From positions 372,001 through 436,000 of the forward strand of contig NW_026867602.1 of assembly GCF_020745735.1 (NCBI RefSeq): 64,000 nt of DNA, given 5' to 3'. The stretch's first letter is position 1; each line of letters opens with the position of its first letter. This DNA comes from Hemiscyllium ocellatum (Eukaryota). The translations under genes were made by a program, and so were the position numbers. The notes below the pieces were generated by a model. It was not told where the DNA came from, searched no databases, and worked only from the letters and a program-made list of their open reading frames with translations. Shown in pieces: positions 1 through 11,826 of the stretch.

Positions 1-34
1 GTTCAGGGAGGGGTGGGGTTCAGGAGCAGCTTAC

Positions 35-98
35 CCACAGCGGCCCGTTCAATGTTCATCAGCGGAGGGTCACAGAACCGCGACATTACCGGGTATTC
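35..98 (-). CDS. DUF4743/Nudix gene exon 3 (EYPVMSRFCDPPLMNIERAAV-G)
   Basis: Acceptor tttctctgtgtttgcag|, donor G|GTAAGC; 64 nt, in frame with exon 2. Confidence 0.9.
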
Positions 99-2962
99 CT
101 GCAAACACAGAGAAACGGGGCATCACACACCAGGCTTTCTCAGGGGCTGGAGGGACACCACAAGGAGACAAGGAACATCGGTAAGGCCAGCTCAAGGAAG
201 CAAGGACGGCAGAGGACAAATACCTGATCACACCCGCTCCCACAGCGCCCGCTCCCTCAGCGCTGACCCACCCACAGCACCCCCTCCCTCAGCACTGACC
301 CTCCCACAGCGCCCGCTCCCTCAGCGCTGACCCTCCCACAGCACCCGCTCCCTCAGCACTGACCCTCCCACAGCCCCCGCTCCCTCAGCGCTGACCCTCC
401 CACAGCGCCCGCTCCCTCAGCACTGACCCTCCCACAGCCCCCGCTCCCTCAGCACTGACCCACCCACAGCACTGACCCTCCCTCAGCCCCCACTCCCTCA
501 GCACTGACCCTCCCTCAGCACCCGCTCCCTCAGCACTGACCCTCCCTCAGCGCCCGCTCCCTCAGCACTGACCCTCCCACAGCCCCCGCTCCCTCAGCAC
601 TGACCCTCCCACAGCCCCCGCTCCCTCAGCACTGACCCACCCACAGCACTGACCCTCCCTCAGCACTGACCCTCCCTCAGTACCCGCTCCCTCAGCACTG
701 ACCCTCCCACAGCGCCCGCTCCCTCAGCACTGACCCTCCCACAGAGCCCACTCCCTCAGCACTGACCCTCCCTCAGCACTGACCCTCCCTCAGCACCCAC
801 TCCCTCAGCACTGACCCTCCCTCAGCACTGACCCTCCCTCAGCACTGACCCTCCCTCAGCACTGACCCTCCCTCAGCACTGATACTCACCTCATTCCTCC
901 ATTTGCTGAGACAGTTGAACAGCCCGCGCTCCCTCCAGTCCCTGAGGACCTGCTCCAGTGCCGTGGAGCGCTGCTGGAAGGTGCGAAGGTGGTCCCTCAG
1001 CTCCACGTGTCCGTTGGTGATCTGGAACACCTCAGGGTATCCCCGCAGCAAAGGGAGCATCCTGGGCTGCACCACTCCCACTGCCTGGCCCCCAACACAG
1101 AACTGTTTACACACCGGCTTCGAGGAACCTGTCGGGGGATCGAGGGCCAATGGGTCAGTGCCAAGGAGCAGCAAGAGGCAGGAACCATCAGCAGCACCAT
1201 CCCCTTCCCCTCCACTGTACCCTTCCCAGTCCCCTCCTCCAGCCCCTACACCCCCTCCCTATCCCCGTCCCCTCCTCCATCCCCCTACACCCCCTCCCTA
1301 TCCCCTCCTCCAGCTCCTACACCCCCTCCCTATCCCCGTCCCCTCCTCCAGCCCCCTACACCCCCTCCCTATCCCCGTCCCCTCCTCCAGCCCCCTACAT
1401 ATCCCCGTCCCCTCCTCCTGCCCCCTACACCCCTCCCTATCTGTGTAACCCCCTCCTGCCTCCTACACCCCCTCCCTATCTGTGTAACCCCCTCCCGCCT
1501 CCTACACCCCCTCCCTATCTGTGTAACCCCCTCCCGCCTCCTACACCCCCTCCCTATCTGTGTAACCCCCTCCCGCCTCCTACACCCCCTCCCTATCTGT
1601 GTAACCCCCTCCCGCCTCCTACACCCCCTCCCTATCTGTGTAACCCCCTCCCGCCTCCTACCCCCCTCCCTATCTGTGTAACCCCCTCCCGCCTCCTACA
1701 CCCCCTCCCTATCTGTGTAACCCCCTCCCGCCTCCTACACCCCTCCCTATCTGTGTAACCCCCTCCTGCCTCCTACACCCCCTCCCTATCTGTGTAACCC
1801 CCTCCTGCCTCCTACACCCCCTCCCTATCTGTGTAACCCCCTCCCGCCTCCTACACCCCTCCCTATCTGTGTAACCCCCTCCTGCCTCCTACACCCCCTC
1901 CCTATCTGTGTAACCCCCTCCTGCCTCCTACACCCCCTCCCTATCTGTGTAACCCCCTCCTGCCTCCTACACCCCTCCCTATCTGTGTAACCCCCTGCAC
2001 CCCTCCCTATCTGTGTAACCCCCTCCTGCCTCCTACACCCCTCCCTATCTGTGTAACCCCCTCCTGCCTCCTACACCCCTCCCTATCTGAGTAACCCCCT
2101 CCTGCCTCCTACACCCCTATGTGTCACCCCCTCCCTATCTCTGTAATCCCCTGCACCCCCTCCCTATCTCTGTAACCCCCTCCGTATCTGTGTAACCCCC
2201 TCCAGCCCCCCCTATGTGTCACCCCCTCCCTATCTGTGTAATCCTCTGCACTCCCTCCCTATCTCTGTAACCCCCTCCCTATCTGTGTAACCCCCTGCAG
2301 CCCCCTACACCCCTTCCCTATCTCTGTAATCCCCTGCACCCCCTCCCTATCCCTCTCACCCCTTCCCTATCCCCCTCCACCGTCCCCCCCTCCAATCCCC
2401 TACACCCCATCCTTATTTCTGTCACCCCCTGCCTATCTGTGTAACCCCCTCCATGCCCTGCACCCCCTCCCTATACCCCTGTCCCCCCTCCACCCCATCC
2501 CTGTCCCCCTCACCCCCCGTCCCCCTCCCTATCCCCCCTCACCCCCTCCCTGTCCCCCCCTCCTCCCTATACCCCATCCACCCCCTCCCTATACCCCTCC
2601 ATGTCCCCCCTCACCCCCTCCCTATACCCCTCCATCCCCCCCCCCCATACCCCTCCATCCCCCCCCCATACCCCTCCATCCCCCCCCCCCCCATACCCCT
2701 CCATCCCCTCCCTCCCTCCCTCCCTCTGTTGCAGACACACAGATGGGGAATGCTCCTATCTGTTGTAGCTGTTGCCAAGGTGAGTGTACACATGCATTCA
2801 CTCAGAGAGAGAGGCACACTTCTTGAGATATAAACACAAAAACAAAACAAATGCACAGACAGAGGCCCAAGAAAGAGTTTGCAAACCCTGCAAGGTGTGG
2901 AAGGAGTTCATCCTGCCCAGGAGTTGCAGGACACCCTCAGCCCACGACCTGCTCCCTGCCAT
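35..2962 (-). CDS. DUF4743/Nudix-hydrolase-family gene (yeast YJR142W / plant NUDX20 / fish tpk2-like), coding exons 1-3; gene continues left of the window
   Basis: Exons 2962-2887, 1128-890 and 98-35 join in frame (phases 1, 0, 1) to give MAGSRSWAEGVLQLLGRMNSFHTLQ-G-SSKPVCKQFCVGGQAVGVVQP...CLSKWRNE-EYPVMSRFCDPPLMNIERAAV-G. The WRNE-x-Y-x-V...ERAA pattern is the recalled DUF4743/Nudix junction. All introns are GT-AG. Confidence 0.85.
240..880. repeat. Minisatellite built from a ~16-bp core (CTCAGCACTGACCCTCC) and ~32-bp units
   Basis: Tandem copies seen directly, filling intron 2 up to the exon-2 donor. Confidence 0.9.
890..1128 (-). CDS. DUF4743/Nudix gene exon 2
   Basis: Acceptor ccccgacag|, donor GAG|GTGAGT; 239 nt open frame ending WRNE. 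Confidence 0.9.
1200..2720. repeat. C-rich minisatellite, ~39-bp unit (CCTACACCCCCTCCCTATCTGTGTAACCCCCTCCCGCCT), degenerating toward both ends
   Basis: Homogeneous tandem copies at about 1420-2100; the 13-aa periodic ORFs in the track reflect the 39-nt unit. Confidence 0.9.
2887..2962 (-). CDS. DUF4743/Nudix gene exon 1 (MAGSRSWAEGVLQLLGRMNSFHTLQ-G)
   Basis: ATG at 2962; 76 nt = 25 codons + 1. The donor G|GTTTGC is weak but phase-compatible with exon 2. Confidence 0.7.
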
Positions 2963-2999
2963 CTCCTGCTGCAAAGCGAGCCCCAGGGCACCCTGGGGG

Positions 3000-3180
3000 A
3001 GGACTGCCGCGCTGGTCCTCCGCCTTCCCACGTTGCCCTGGGCGCTCGACGCGCAGGCGCACTGACGTCGCCCTCACGAAGGACTACATTTACCGTGAGG
3101 CGCCGGGGGGCCGACGCAATGGGGAAGGCGCGAACTTCAAACGGCGGCCATTTTGAAGGCTGCCCATTGACCAATTTCTG
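3000..3180 (-). promoter_or_regulatory. CpG-rich promoter/5' UTR of the DUF4743/Nudix gene
   Basis: Local CpG enrichment. CRE-like TGACGT 3063-3068; ZNF143/SBS-like ACTACATTTACCGTGAGGC 3083-3101; YY1-type GCCATTTT 3147-3154 (AAAATGGC on the minus strand). Confidence 0.6.
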
Positions 3181-3399
3181 AAGAAATAAAAATCCAGATG
3201 AGCCTTTGTTCATCCTTTCTTTTTTGTTCTGTTTAGAACTGCAGCCTTTTTAAAAAAAGATAAAGTCTTCTGCTTCCCAAAAACTGGCAGCCTCTCCCTA
3301 ATTATTTGCAGAAATTGCACTCCCACACACTCCCTGAGCACTCTCTCAGGTTGATACCACCTCAGATCAGAATATCCCCATCTCTCTAACCTACTCCTG

Positions 3400-4080
3400 T
3401 CACCTCCCACACCCCTCCCTATCTCTGTCTCCTCATACACCCCTTCCCTACCTCCATATTCCCCTTCAGCCTGTACCCCCCCTCCCTATCTCTGTCAACC
3501 CCTCCATCCCCTCTGCATCTGTCACCTCCTCCACCCATTCCTATCTTTGTCACCTCCTCCAATCCCCTATACCCCTCCCTCTCACCTTCTCCAGCCCCAC
3601 ACCCCTTCCCTGTCTCTGTCACCTCTCTGGCCCCGCATCCCTCCCTACCTCTGTAATCTCCCTCCAGTCCCTATCTCCGTCCCCTCCTCCAGCCCCCTAC
3701 ACCCCCTCCCTATCTCTGTCACCCCCTCCAGTCCCCTACACCCCCTCCCTATCTCTGTCACCCCCTCCAGTCCTACATCCCCTCCCTATTTGTAACCCCT
3801 GCACTCTCCCTGTCTGTCACCTCCTCCAACCTCAACACCTCCTTCCCTATCTCTGTATCCTCTCCAGCCCCTAAACCCCTTCCCTACCTCTGTCACCTCC
3901 TCCAGCTCCTACACCCCCTCCCTATCTTTGTCATGTTCTCCAGACCCTACACCCCTTTTTATCTCTATTACCTCTGTTACCTCCTCCAGCCCCTTACACC
4001 CCTCCCTATGTCACACCTCTAACCCCTATACTCCGGTCACCTCCTCCTGCCCCATACCCCTATCTTTGAGACCTCCTCTG
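3400..4080. repeat. Degenerate C-rich minisatellite, same family as 1200-2720
   Basis: Repeated CCCCTACACCCCCTCCCTATCTCTGTCACC motifs. Confidence 0.8.
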
Positions 4081-4088
4081 TGATCCTT

Positions 4089-4290
4089 TCATAGAATCAT
4101 AGAATCCCTACAGTGTGGAAACAGGCCATTAGTCCCAACAAGTGCACACTGACCCTCCAAAGAGTCTCCCACCCAAATCCATTCCCTTATCCTATGACTT
4201 CACCCTGTCCTCAGCCTCCAACACTCCAGGGAAAACAGCCCCCGGCCTATCCAGCCTCTCCCTGTAGCTCAAGCCCTCTGATCCTGAATA
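4089..4290 (-). mobile_element. HE1 SINE/HER1 LINE 3' tail plus CR1-like fragment
   Basis: TAGAATCCCTACAGTGTGGAAACAGGCC is the reverse complement of the tail of the SINE copies at 11.8, 18.4 and 41.1 kb. Confidence 0.65.
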
Positions 4291-4617
4291 CAACAAAATC
4301 CAAAGGCCTTTATCAGGTAATTTCATGGGTTCAGGGGGATGTGTAGGTTAAGGTGCATTAGTGAGGGCGAATACATTTCCCCTCATCTCAGTCCCAAAAC
4401 CCCTTATCACTTCAGAGCCCGATTCCACCTTTCTGTGTGTTTTGTTTTAACCCATTCCCACACCCGATCCCGATATGATGTGGTTGCTTCCAGCATGGAC
4501 AACAAATTCTCTGCCACCCTCAGTTCTCATTTTTACCTACCAACCTTCCCTTTCTGCTTTGCGCCGACATCTGTAACCCTCTTACTTACCTCACAGAATT
4601 GTACAGCACGGGGAGTC

Positions 4618-5030
4618 CAAAGCTAGAGGGTCATAGGTTGAAGGTGAGAGGGGAAGGATTTAAAAAGGACCTAAAGGGGCAATGTTTTCACGCAGAGGGT
4701 GGTGCGTGTGGGGAACGAGCTGCCAGAGGAAGTGGTGGAGGCTGGTACAATGGCAATATTTAGAAGGCATCTGGATGGGGGAACATGAATAGGGCGGTTT
4801 TGGAGGGATAGGGGCCAAGTGCTGGCAAATGGGGCTAGATTAATTTTGGATATCTGGGTCAGCACGGACCCATTGGACCGAAGGGCCGGTTTCCGTGCCG
4901 TATATCTCTGAGTCTATGACTTTCCAACTTGCAGAGGGATAGGGGCCAAATGCTGGCAAATGGTATTGGATTGAAGGAGAGTATCTGGTCAACATGGAGG
5001 AGTTGGACTGAAGGACCTGTTTCTGTGCGG
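4618..5030 (+). mobile_element. CR1-type LINE 3' end fragments
   Basis: Matches the CR1 3' copy at 10640-10880 (TTTTCACGCAGAGGGTGGTGCGTGTG...GAGCTGCCAGAGGAAGTGG); recalled CR1 RT C-terminus. Confidence 0.75.
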
Positions 5031-5214
5031 TCAACGAGGGAATTATGGATGTCAGCGCAAGGCAGAAGATAAATAAAGTGAGAACTGTAGTTGGCAGAGA
5101 AAGTGTCATCTGTGATGAAAGCACCTATATATCGGGATCGAGTGTGGGTTTAAGAAAACCACATGGAAAGGTGAAATCGGGCTCTGAAGTGATAAGGGGC
5201 TTTTGGACTGAGAA

Positions 5215-6520
5215 ATGTCGTCACCCAGAGAGTGGTGCTGGAAAAGCACAGCAGGCCAGGCAGCATCTGAGGAGCAGGAAAATCGACATGGCGGGCAAAA
5301 GCCCTTAATCAGGAATGAGGGTGGGAGATAAATGGGAGGGGAATGGGGCTGGGGGGGAAGGTAGCTGAGAGTGCAATAGGTGGATGGAGGTGGGGGTAAA
5401 GGTGATAGGTTGGAGGGGAGTGTGGAGCAGATAGGTGGGAAGATGGACAGGTCATGAGGACAGTGCTGAGCTAGAAGGTTGGAACTGGGGTAAGGCGGGG
5501 GAGGGGAAATGAGGAAACAGGTGAAATCCACATTGAGGGTCCCAAGGTGGAAGATGAGGCGTTCATCCGTCAGGTGGTAAGGGAGTGGCAATGGAGGAAG
5601 CCCTAGTGGTGGGGGTCCATTTGTTGATGGTGGAAATGGCGGAGGATGATGTGATATATACGGAGGTTGGTGGGGTGGAAGGTGAGGACGGGTCTGCCTT
5701 TGTTGCTGTTGGAGGGGTGGGGTTCGAGGGCAGAGGTGCGAGATGTGGATGAGATGCGCTTGAGGGCATCACTGACTACGTGGAAGGGGAAATTGTGGTC
5801 TTTAAAGAAGGAGGCCATCTGGTGTGTTCTGTGGTAGATACCGACCTTTCGGGACCAGATGTGGTGGAGTCGGAGGAATTGGGATTAAGGAATAATAGGG
5901 AGTGGGGAGATGTAATCCAGGTAGCTGTGGGAGTCAGTGGATTTGTAGAAAATATCAGTGTTGAGTCAGTCACCGTTGATGGTGATGGAGAGGTCCAGCA
6001 AGGGGAGGGAGGTGTCAGAGATGGTCCAGGTGAATTTAAATGCTTTGGTGAAGTTGATGAACTGCTCAACCTCCTCGTGGGAGCGCGAGGTGGCACCGAT
6101 GCAGTCATCAATGTAGCGGAGGAAGAGATGGGGAGTGGTGCTGGTGTAACTACGGAAGATCAACTGTTCTACAGCCAACAGAGACAGGCATAGCTGGGGC
6201 CCATACGGGTGCCCATGGCTACTCCTTTTGTCTTGAGGAAATAGGAGCACTTGAAAGAAAAATCATTGAGGGTGAGGACCAGTTCAGCCAAACGAATAAG
6301 AGTGTCAGTGGAAGGGTACTGCTGGGGACGTCGGGAGAGGAAGTAATGGAAGGCTTGGAGGCGCTGGTTATGACCCACCTATTACACGCTCAGCCCCACC
6401 CCCTTCCCATTTATCTCTCCACCCCCAAGGCTCCCAGCCTCATTCCTGATGAAGGGTTTTCGCCTGAAATGTCGATTCTCCTGCTCTTCGGATGCTGCCT
6501 GAGCACCACACTCCCGACTC
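5215..6520 (-). mobile_element. Degraded Penelope-like element (RT/GIY-YIG fragments) flanked by inverted pseudo-LTRs
   Basis: Minus-strand peptides (LFLRYIDDCIG, TKGVAMGTRMGPSYACL, QMASFFKD, ERLIFHLGTL) match the intact ORF at 47727-49955. Segments ~5230-5395 and ~6372-6510 are inverted copies of each other. Confidence 0.85.
6442..6477 (+). ncRNA. Minimal type-I hammerhead ribozyme in a Penelope-like pseudo-LTR
   Basis: ATTC-CTGATGA-AGGGTTTTCGCCT-GAAA-TGTC-GATT: core boxes intact, stems imperfect. Confidence 0.5.
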
Positions 6521-7184
6521 CAACCTTTGCCCAGAGATTGGCGAACCTGTACAATTCACCCCCATTTGAGGCTTTCATGTTTCTATTCTATTCGGTCACA
6601 GGACATGGGCACCGCTGGCTGGACCCAGCATGAATTGCCCATGAGGGCAATTAAGAGTTCAACCGCATCGCTGTAGGGTCTGGAGTCACACGTAGGCCGA
6701 GACCAGGCAGCGGTGGCAGTTTAGGGGCGGGCTGCCTTAGAGGGGCTGGAACGTGGAAGGGACGGTCGTTCTGTGTTACACACACTGTTTTGTTGTTCGG
6801 TTTATCGGATGGTCTGTATGTGGTTGTGTTTCCTATTGGATATAATAAAGTGGGCATTTGAGGTTTGTCCTCCCTTCCCTGTGAACTGGTTGGACGGTGG
6901 GGTTTTGGGGTGTCTGGATTTGCTGCCCCTTTCCCCTGCTGTAAACTGCTGTTCATTGTTAACTGTTGGTTTGCGATTTGTGCTGGTTAACAACATATTA
7001 AAAATATCAAGATGGCAGCTTCCTTCCCGGGAGGACAGGAGAGAACCAGACGGGGATTTTCTGATAACTGTTAATGGTTTCGTGGTCCTCATCGATTCGG
7101 ATTCTTTTTGAATTCAAATTTCACCATCTTCTGGAAGGGGGGAATCAAAACCTGGAGCCCCCCCCAGAGCATGACCTGGGAGGG

Positions 7185-7320
7185 AGGTCATGTTCTGAAG
7201 AAGGGCTCATGCCCGAAACGTCGACTCTCCTGCTCCTTGGATGCTGCCTGACCTGCTGCGCTTTCCCAGCAACACATTTTCAGCTCTGATCTCCAGCACC
7301 TGCAGCCCTCGCTTTCTCCT
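7185..7320 (+). mobile_element. Solo Penelope-like pseudo-LTR
   Basis: Homologous to the tail at 47502-47600 (reverse complement) and to 6440-6500. Confidence 0.75.
7192..7225 (+). ncRNA. Minimal type-I hammerhead ribozyme
   Basis: GTT-CTGAAGA-A-GGGC-TCAT-GCCC-GAAA-CGTC-GAC: perfect stem II, palindromic ACGT stem III, GUC cleavage triplet, 3-bp stem I. Confidence 0.65.
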
Positions 7321-7359
7321 GGGAGGGAGGGAGGGGTCTCCGGATAAACAGTCCAGTGA

Positions 7360-7635
7360 TAATACAGGTAGATGATCCTTTATCCAAACAGCTCTGAAAT
7401 CCGAAGGTCTTTTTTTTGGTTAAGTTAACCCAAGTGGACACCCACTCGATGCATGTCACTCAGATGTGACATGAGGGGAAGGAAGTGTGGCCAAGCATGT
7501 TTCTACTTAGAAATCTGCTCCTCTGGTAGGATTTCAAAATAAATTTCACCATTGAACGGTCGCCTGTTCTGAAAACCGAAAAATTCCGAATTCTGAAAAC
7601 CAGCTGGTCCCGAGCATTTCAGATAAAGGAGCGTA
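7360..7635. mobile_element. Possible old Tc1/mariner-pogo-type MITE
   Basis: Short inverted match TCCTTTATC (about 7376) versus GATAAAGGA (about 7622) bounding a non-coding segment; terminal inverted repeats are degenerate. Confidence 0.25.
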
Positions 7636-8323
7636 TTAAAGATATGTAGTGTCTTTAAAATTAATTTGTGGGACAAGGACATCAGCAACATTTTATTGTC
7701 CATTCCTGGATGCCCTCTCGAGAGGGTGGGGGAAGAGAAGGTGAGCTGCCATCTTGAACCGCTGCAAGTCCACCTGCTGTCAGTTGACCCTCGGGGAAGG
7801 GAATTCCAGGATTTTGACCCAGTGAAGGAACGGCGATACATTTCTGAGCCAGCATGGAGAGTGGCTCGGAGGGGAACGTTCAGGGGCTGGTGATCCCCTG
7901 TATCTGCTGCTGCCCTTATCCTTCTCGATGGAAGTGGTCATGGGTTTGGAAGACGCTGTCCGAGAATCTTTGGTGAACAATGATGCTTTTGAGGAGATAG
8001 ATACAGTTCCTGTTGCTAAAGGGATGGGGGGGGGGGAAGAGAGTGAGATTAGGGTTGTGTGCTCAGTAATCAGCCCATGATCACATTGATCAGCCTCAAT
8101 GAGCCAAATGGACAACTCCCGCTCCTATCTTCTGTGTTTGTGTAATTTTATTGGATTTAAATTTTCACCACATTTTGCAGTGCCATACAAAACCTCTTTC
8201 CCAGGACATCAGCCAATGGTTCTGGAATGTTAATACCACCATATTACCACCAGGACACCAGCTCCACTAACATCGGGCTGACACACAGATGTTTACTTCA
8301 GACTTTCCTTTGACTGAATCATA

Positions 8324-8488
8324 NNNNNNNNNNNNNNNNNNNNNNNNNNNNNNNNNNNNNNNNNNNNNNNNNNNNNNNNNNNNNNNNNNNNNNNNNNNNN
8401 NNNNNNNNNNNNNNNNNNNNNNNNNNNNNNNNNNNNNNNNNNNNNNNNNNNNNNNNNNNNNNNNNNNNNNNNNNNNNNNNNNNNNNNN
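8324..8488. other. Assembly gap (N)
   Basis: Run of N. Confidence 0.99.
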
Positions 8489-8945
8489 CGACAGAGAAAC
8501 AGAGACAGACAGAGGGAGAATGAGAGAGGAGGGGGTGGAAGCAGAAAGAGCCAGAGAGTGAGTGGGACGGGGATGGGGGTGAGAGAGAGCGCACGCGCAA
8601 GAGTGAGAGAAAGCAAGAGTGGGGGAGAGAGAGAGAGAGAGGAAAACAGGGAGAGTGTGAGAGAGCCAGAGAAAGCGAGGGGGACAGAGGGGGTGGGGGA
8701 AGAAGAGAAACACACAGAGAGAGTAAGAGGCACAGAGAGAGTAAGACAGAAAGAGAGAGAGAATGAGAGAGAGCGAGAGCAAGAAAATCAGAGAAAGCAA
8801 GAGAGAGGCAGGGAGACTAAGATAGAGGGAGATAAAGAGACAGAGAGAGAGAAACATGGAGAGAGTGAGAGAGCCAGAGAGAGCAAGGGGGTGGAAGAGA
8901 GAGAATGAGAGAGAAAGTGAGAGAGGAAGATGGAGAGAGAGTGAG
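8489..8945. repeat. GA-rich low-complexity/microsatellite tract
   Basis: Interrupted (GA)n. Confidence 0.85.
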
Positions 8946-9499
8946 AATTGATGGTAATTTTAGTCTGTAGGTCACCACGCCTCAGGCAACGAATGTGGTT
9001 GGACCGTCCTGACATCCTCAGCCATCTCTCCCCATCACAAGCCACTCGCCCAAGCAAGCCCACCCGCAAACCCTGTTCCAACGAGTTGGACAGAGCCAGT
9101 CCCCAAGTCCACGATGTTAACGAGGCTACTCTGGATGCAAGCCAGGTTTTTACAGAATTTATTGTGTTTGTCCTAAACGGTCCGAAAGGATGACAGTCTG
9201 GTAGAAGCAGCGGACTGAGCCAGTTCACGCTGTGGCCTCTGGCTGACTGGACATGTGTCTCTTGTCCTGTTCTGTTGACTGAAGGTTAGTGTGTGCACCA
9301 GGCCGGTGGGAGTCACAGTGTGTACAGCCCTGTTAGTCACCACTCCTTGAACCTCAGCAGAGGCACCCTCAACTGTAAGCGGGGCTCGGAAATCCAGGAT
9401 CCCCGATTGGGCAACGCACAACGGCTAATTCCTGAACGCTTTCATCAGGTCATTCGAACGTCTTTGTACCTTACTGGTTTATTGAATCGTTTATGGGAT

Positions 9500-9960
9500 T
9501 ATCCAGTTTGTTGCAGCCAGTCCCTCTTCGGAAGATTCTTCTCCTCCAGGAAAGCGAAAGATTTTATGTTAAACAAAACTCAGGCAGCTGAGGACATTTG
9601 GCAATACCCTTGCCAACTTTTATAGGTGCACCACTGAGAGCATTCTGTCTGGATGTATCACTACCTGGTATGGCAACTGTACCATTCAAGATTGGAGTCG
9701 GTTACAGAGAGTGGGGAACTCGGCCTGGACAATCACAAAGGCCAACCTCCCATCTCTAGAATCCATCTCCCAGGCCCACTGTCAAGGAAAGGCCGCCAGC
9801 ATTCTCAAAGATCCATCCCACCCTGGCAATGCTTTTCTACAACCTCTACCATCGGGGAGTAGGTACAGAAGCCTGAACACATGCGCCAGCCGGTTTCGTA
9901 ACAGTTTCTACCCTACTGCTGTTAGAATATGAATGGACTCACAAACTCTTAACATTCGCC
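9500..9960 (+). mobile_element. Rex1/Babar-type LINE 3' fragment
   Basis: Decayed frames TESILSGCITTWYGNCT and KAASILKDPSHPGNAFLQPLPSGSRYRSLNTCASRFRNSFYPTAVRI, the recalled Rex/Babar RT C-terminus. Confidence 0.7.
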
Positions 9961-10374
9961 TGCCCCTGTGTTTTTGTTTTAGCTGCTGTTTCCCTATTGT
10001 TTACTTATCGATGTTGCTTAACTCTGTGACCTGCCTATATTACTCACAAGACAAAGCTTTTCACTGTGACAATAAATTCAATTAATGTAAAGATGGAGAC
10101 TTCCTTCATGTTTTCCCCATCTTTCTATTCTGCTGTTTGGTTTATTTTTCTGCCTTTTAAGATCGTGCCAGAGAGTGGTGACACTATACAATCCTTTTCA
10201 CTGCATTTTGTAACACAAACACTGGAGAATAAATACAAAGTGCTCAATTTATCTGAGTCGGAGTCCCAGTTGGACAGTTAACATGGACCAGGTTCCTGCA
10301 TTGTACCAAAATCATTACGTTTCGCAAAAATAATTAGTCTCTGGCTGGAGAGAAACATTATGAACCGTCCACAT

Positions 10375-10880
10375 ATACAAGGATGTCGGAGGGTTTGAGC
10401 TACTGGGAGAGGCTGGATAGGCTGGGGCTGTTTTCCCCGGCGCATCGGAGGCTGAGGGGTGACCTTACAGACGTTTATAAAATCACCGGGGGTGGGGGGG
10501 GGGCATGGACAGGATGAATACGCGAGGTCTTTTCCCCCTGGGGTGGGGGAGTCCAGAACTGGAGGTTTATAAAATCATGAGAGGACATGGATAGGACAAA
10601 TAGCTGAGGTCTTTTCCCCCTGGATAGGACAGTTTAGAACTAGAGGGGTGTAGGTTTAAGGTGAGAAAGAGAAAAAGACGTGAGGAGCAACTTTTTCATG
10701 CAGAGGGTAGTGCGTGTGTGGGATGAGCTGCCTGAGGAAGTGGGGGAGGCTAGTACAATGACAACATTTAAAAGGCATCTGGATGGGGGACATGGATAGG
10801 AAGGGTTTACAGGGAGGTGGGCCAAGTGCTGCCAAACGGGGACCAGATTAGGTTAGGATATCTGGTCGGCATGGACCAAT
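10375..10880 (+). mobile_element. CR1-type LINE 3' fragment with an internal ~85-bp tandem duplication
   Basis: Contains GAGGCTGAGGGGTGACCTTA...GTTTATAAAATC and the CR1 3' end; the segment GTTTATAAAATC...GAACTGGAG occurs twice. Confidence 0.8.
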
Positions 10881-11519
10881 AGACATGTACAGCATGGAAA
10901 CAGACCTTAGTCTCTACTGATCAGATTGGTAACTCCCTCATAAAACCAGGCCTTAAACACACGCAGTGAAAAAAGTGGGTGTTACAGATGGAGGGAAAAT
11001 TGTTCAGAAGATCTACTGAGATTTCAGCACATGCGAAATACTCGCTGCTGGAATCGCCCTACTGCAAACAGAGAGAAACGTTCTCAAAAATACCGATGTC
11101 TAATGCATCAGCAGCAAATCGCGCTGCCAAAACATGCTGTGTATAAGAAGCCCCTTGTACTTACCGTGTACAAGTCTTTATGAAACCTTGCTCCCCAAAC
11201 CCCACACGCCAGCTACAGATTGTAACCAAGTCAGTTTTGGAACACACCTGGAGTCTAATGAAACTTGCCGTTTTATTTCATTTGGATGCTCTGGTACATG
11301 GACACTTCAGGTACTCGAGCTGATGTAGCTGGCTAAAAGTTACCTGGAGATGGTTGGTGAGGGTACGGTGGTCTTCCTAACCTGTGGTCTGTTCCGACCC
11401 TCGATTCCAAAGCTCATATTTCCTGTGCAACAGTCTATACACCTGTCACCTAAGTGGATCCTCTCTGAAATCTAATAGCCTCAATACCCATTCTTTGACA
11501 CTTAGCTGTCTTTCTCTTG

Positions 11520-11826
11520 AGCACGGTGGCTCAGTGGTTAGCACTGCTGCCTCACGGCGCCAGGGTCCCAGGTTCAATTCCTCTGGCAACTGTCTGTGTG
11601 GAGTTTGCACATTCTCCCCGTGTCTGTGTGGGTTTCCTCTGGGTGCTCCAGTTTCCTCCCACAGTCCAAAGATGTGCAGGTTAGGGTGGATTGGCTGTGC
11701 TAAATTGCTCATAGTGTTAGATGCATTAGTCAGAGGGAAATGGGGTGGAGGTGGGTTACTCTATGGAGGGTCGGTGTGGGCCGAAGGGCCGGTTTCCACA
11801 TTGTAGGGAAGCTGATCTAATCTAAT
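11520..11826 (+). mobile_element. HE1-type tRNA-derived SINE, near full length
   Basis: Pol III A box TGGCTCAGTGG 11527-11537, B box GGTTCAATTCC 11571-11581, body GGAGTTTGCACATTCTCCCCGTGTCTG, tail GGCCGAAGGGCCGGTTTCCACA...ATCTAATCTA. Confidence 0.85.

Noticed and set aside
6610-8000. Additional repeat-like fragments (about 6610-6740 and 7690-8000)
   Set aside because: They look like decayed interspersed repeats, but I could not assign a family or boundaries from the sequence alone.
11520-11600. tRNA-like A and B boxes
   Set aside because: This is the head of an HE1 SINE, continuous with the SINE body and LINE-like tail, not a tRNA gene.
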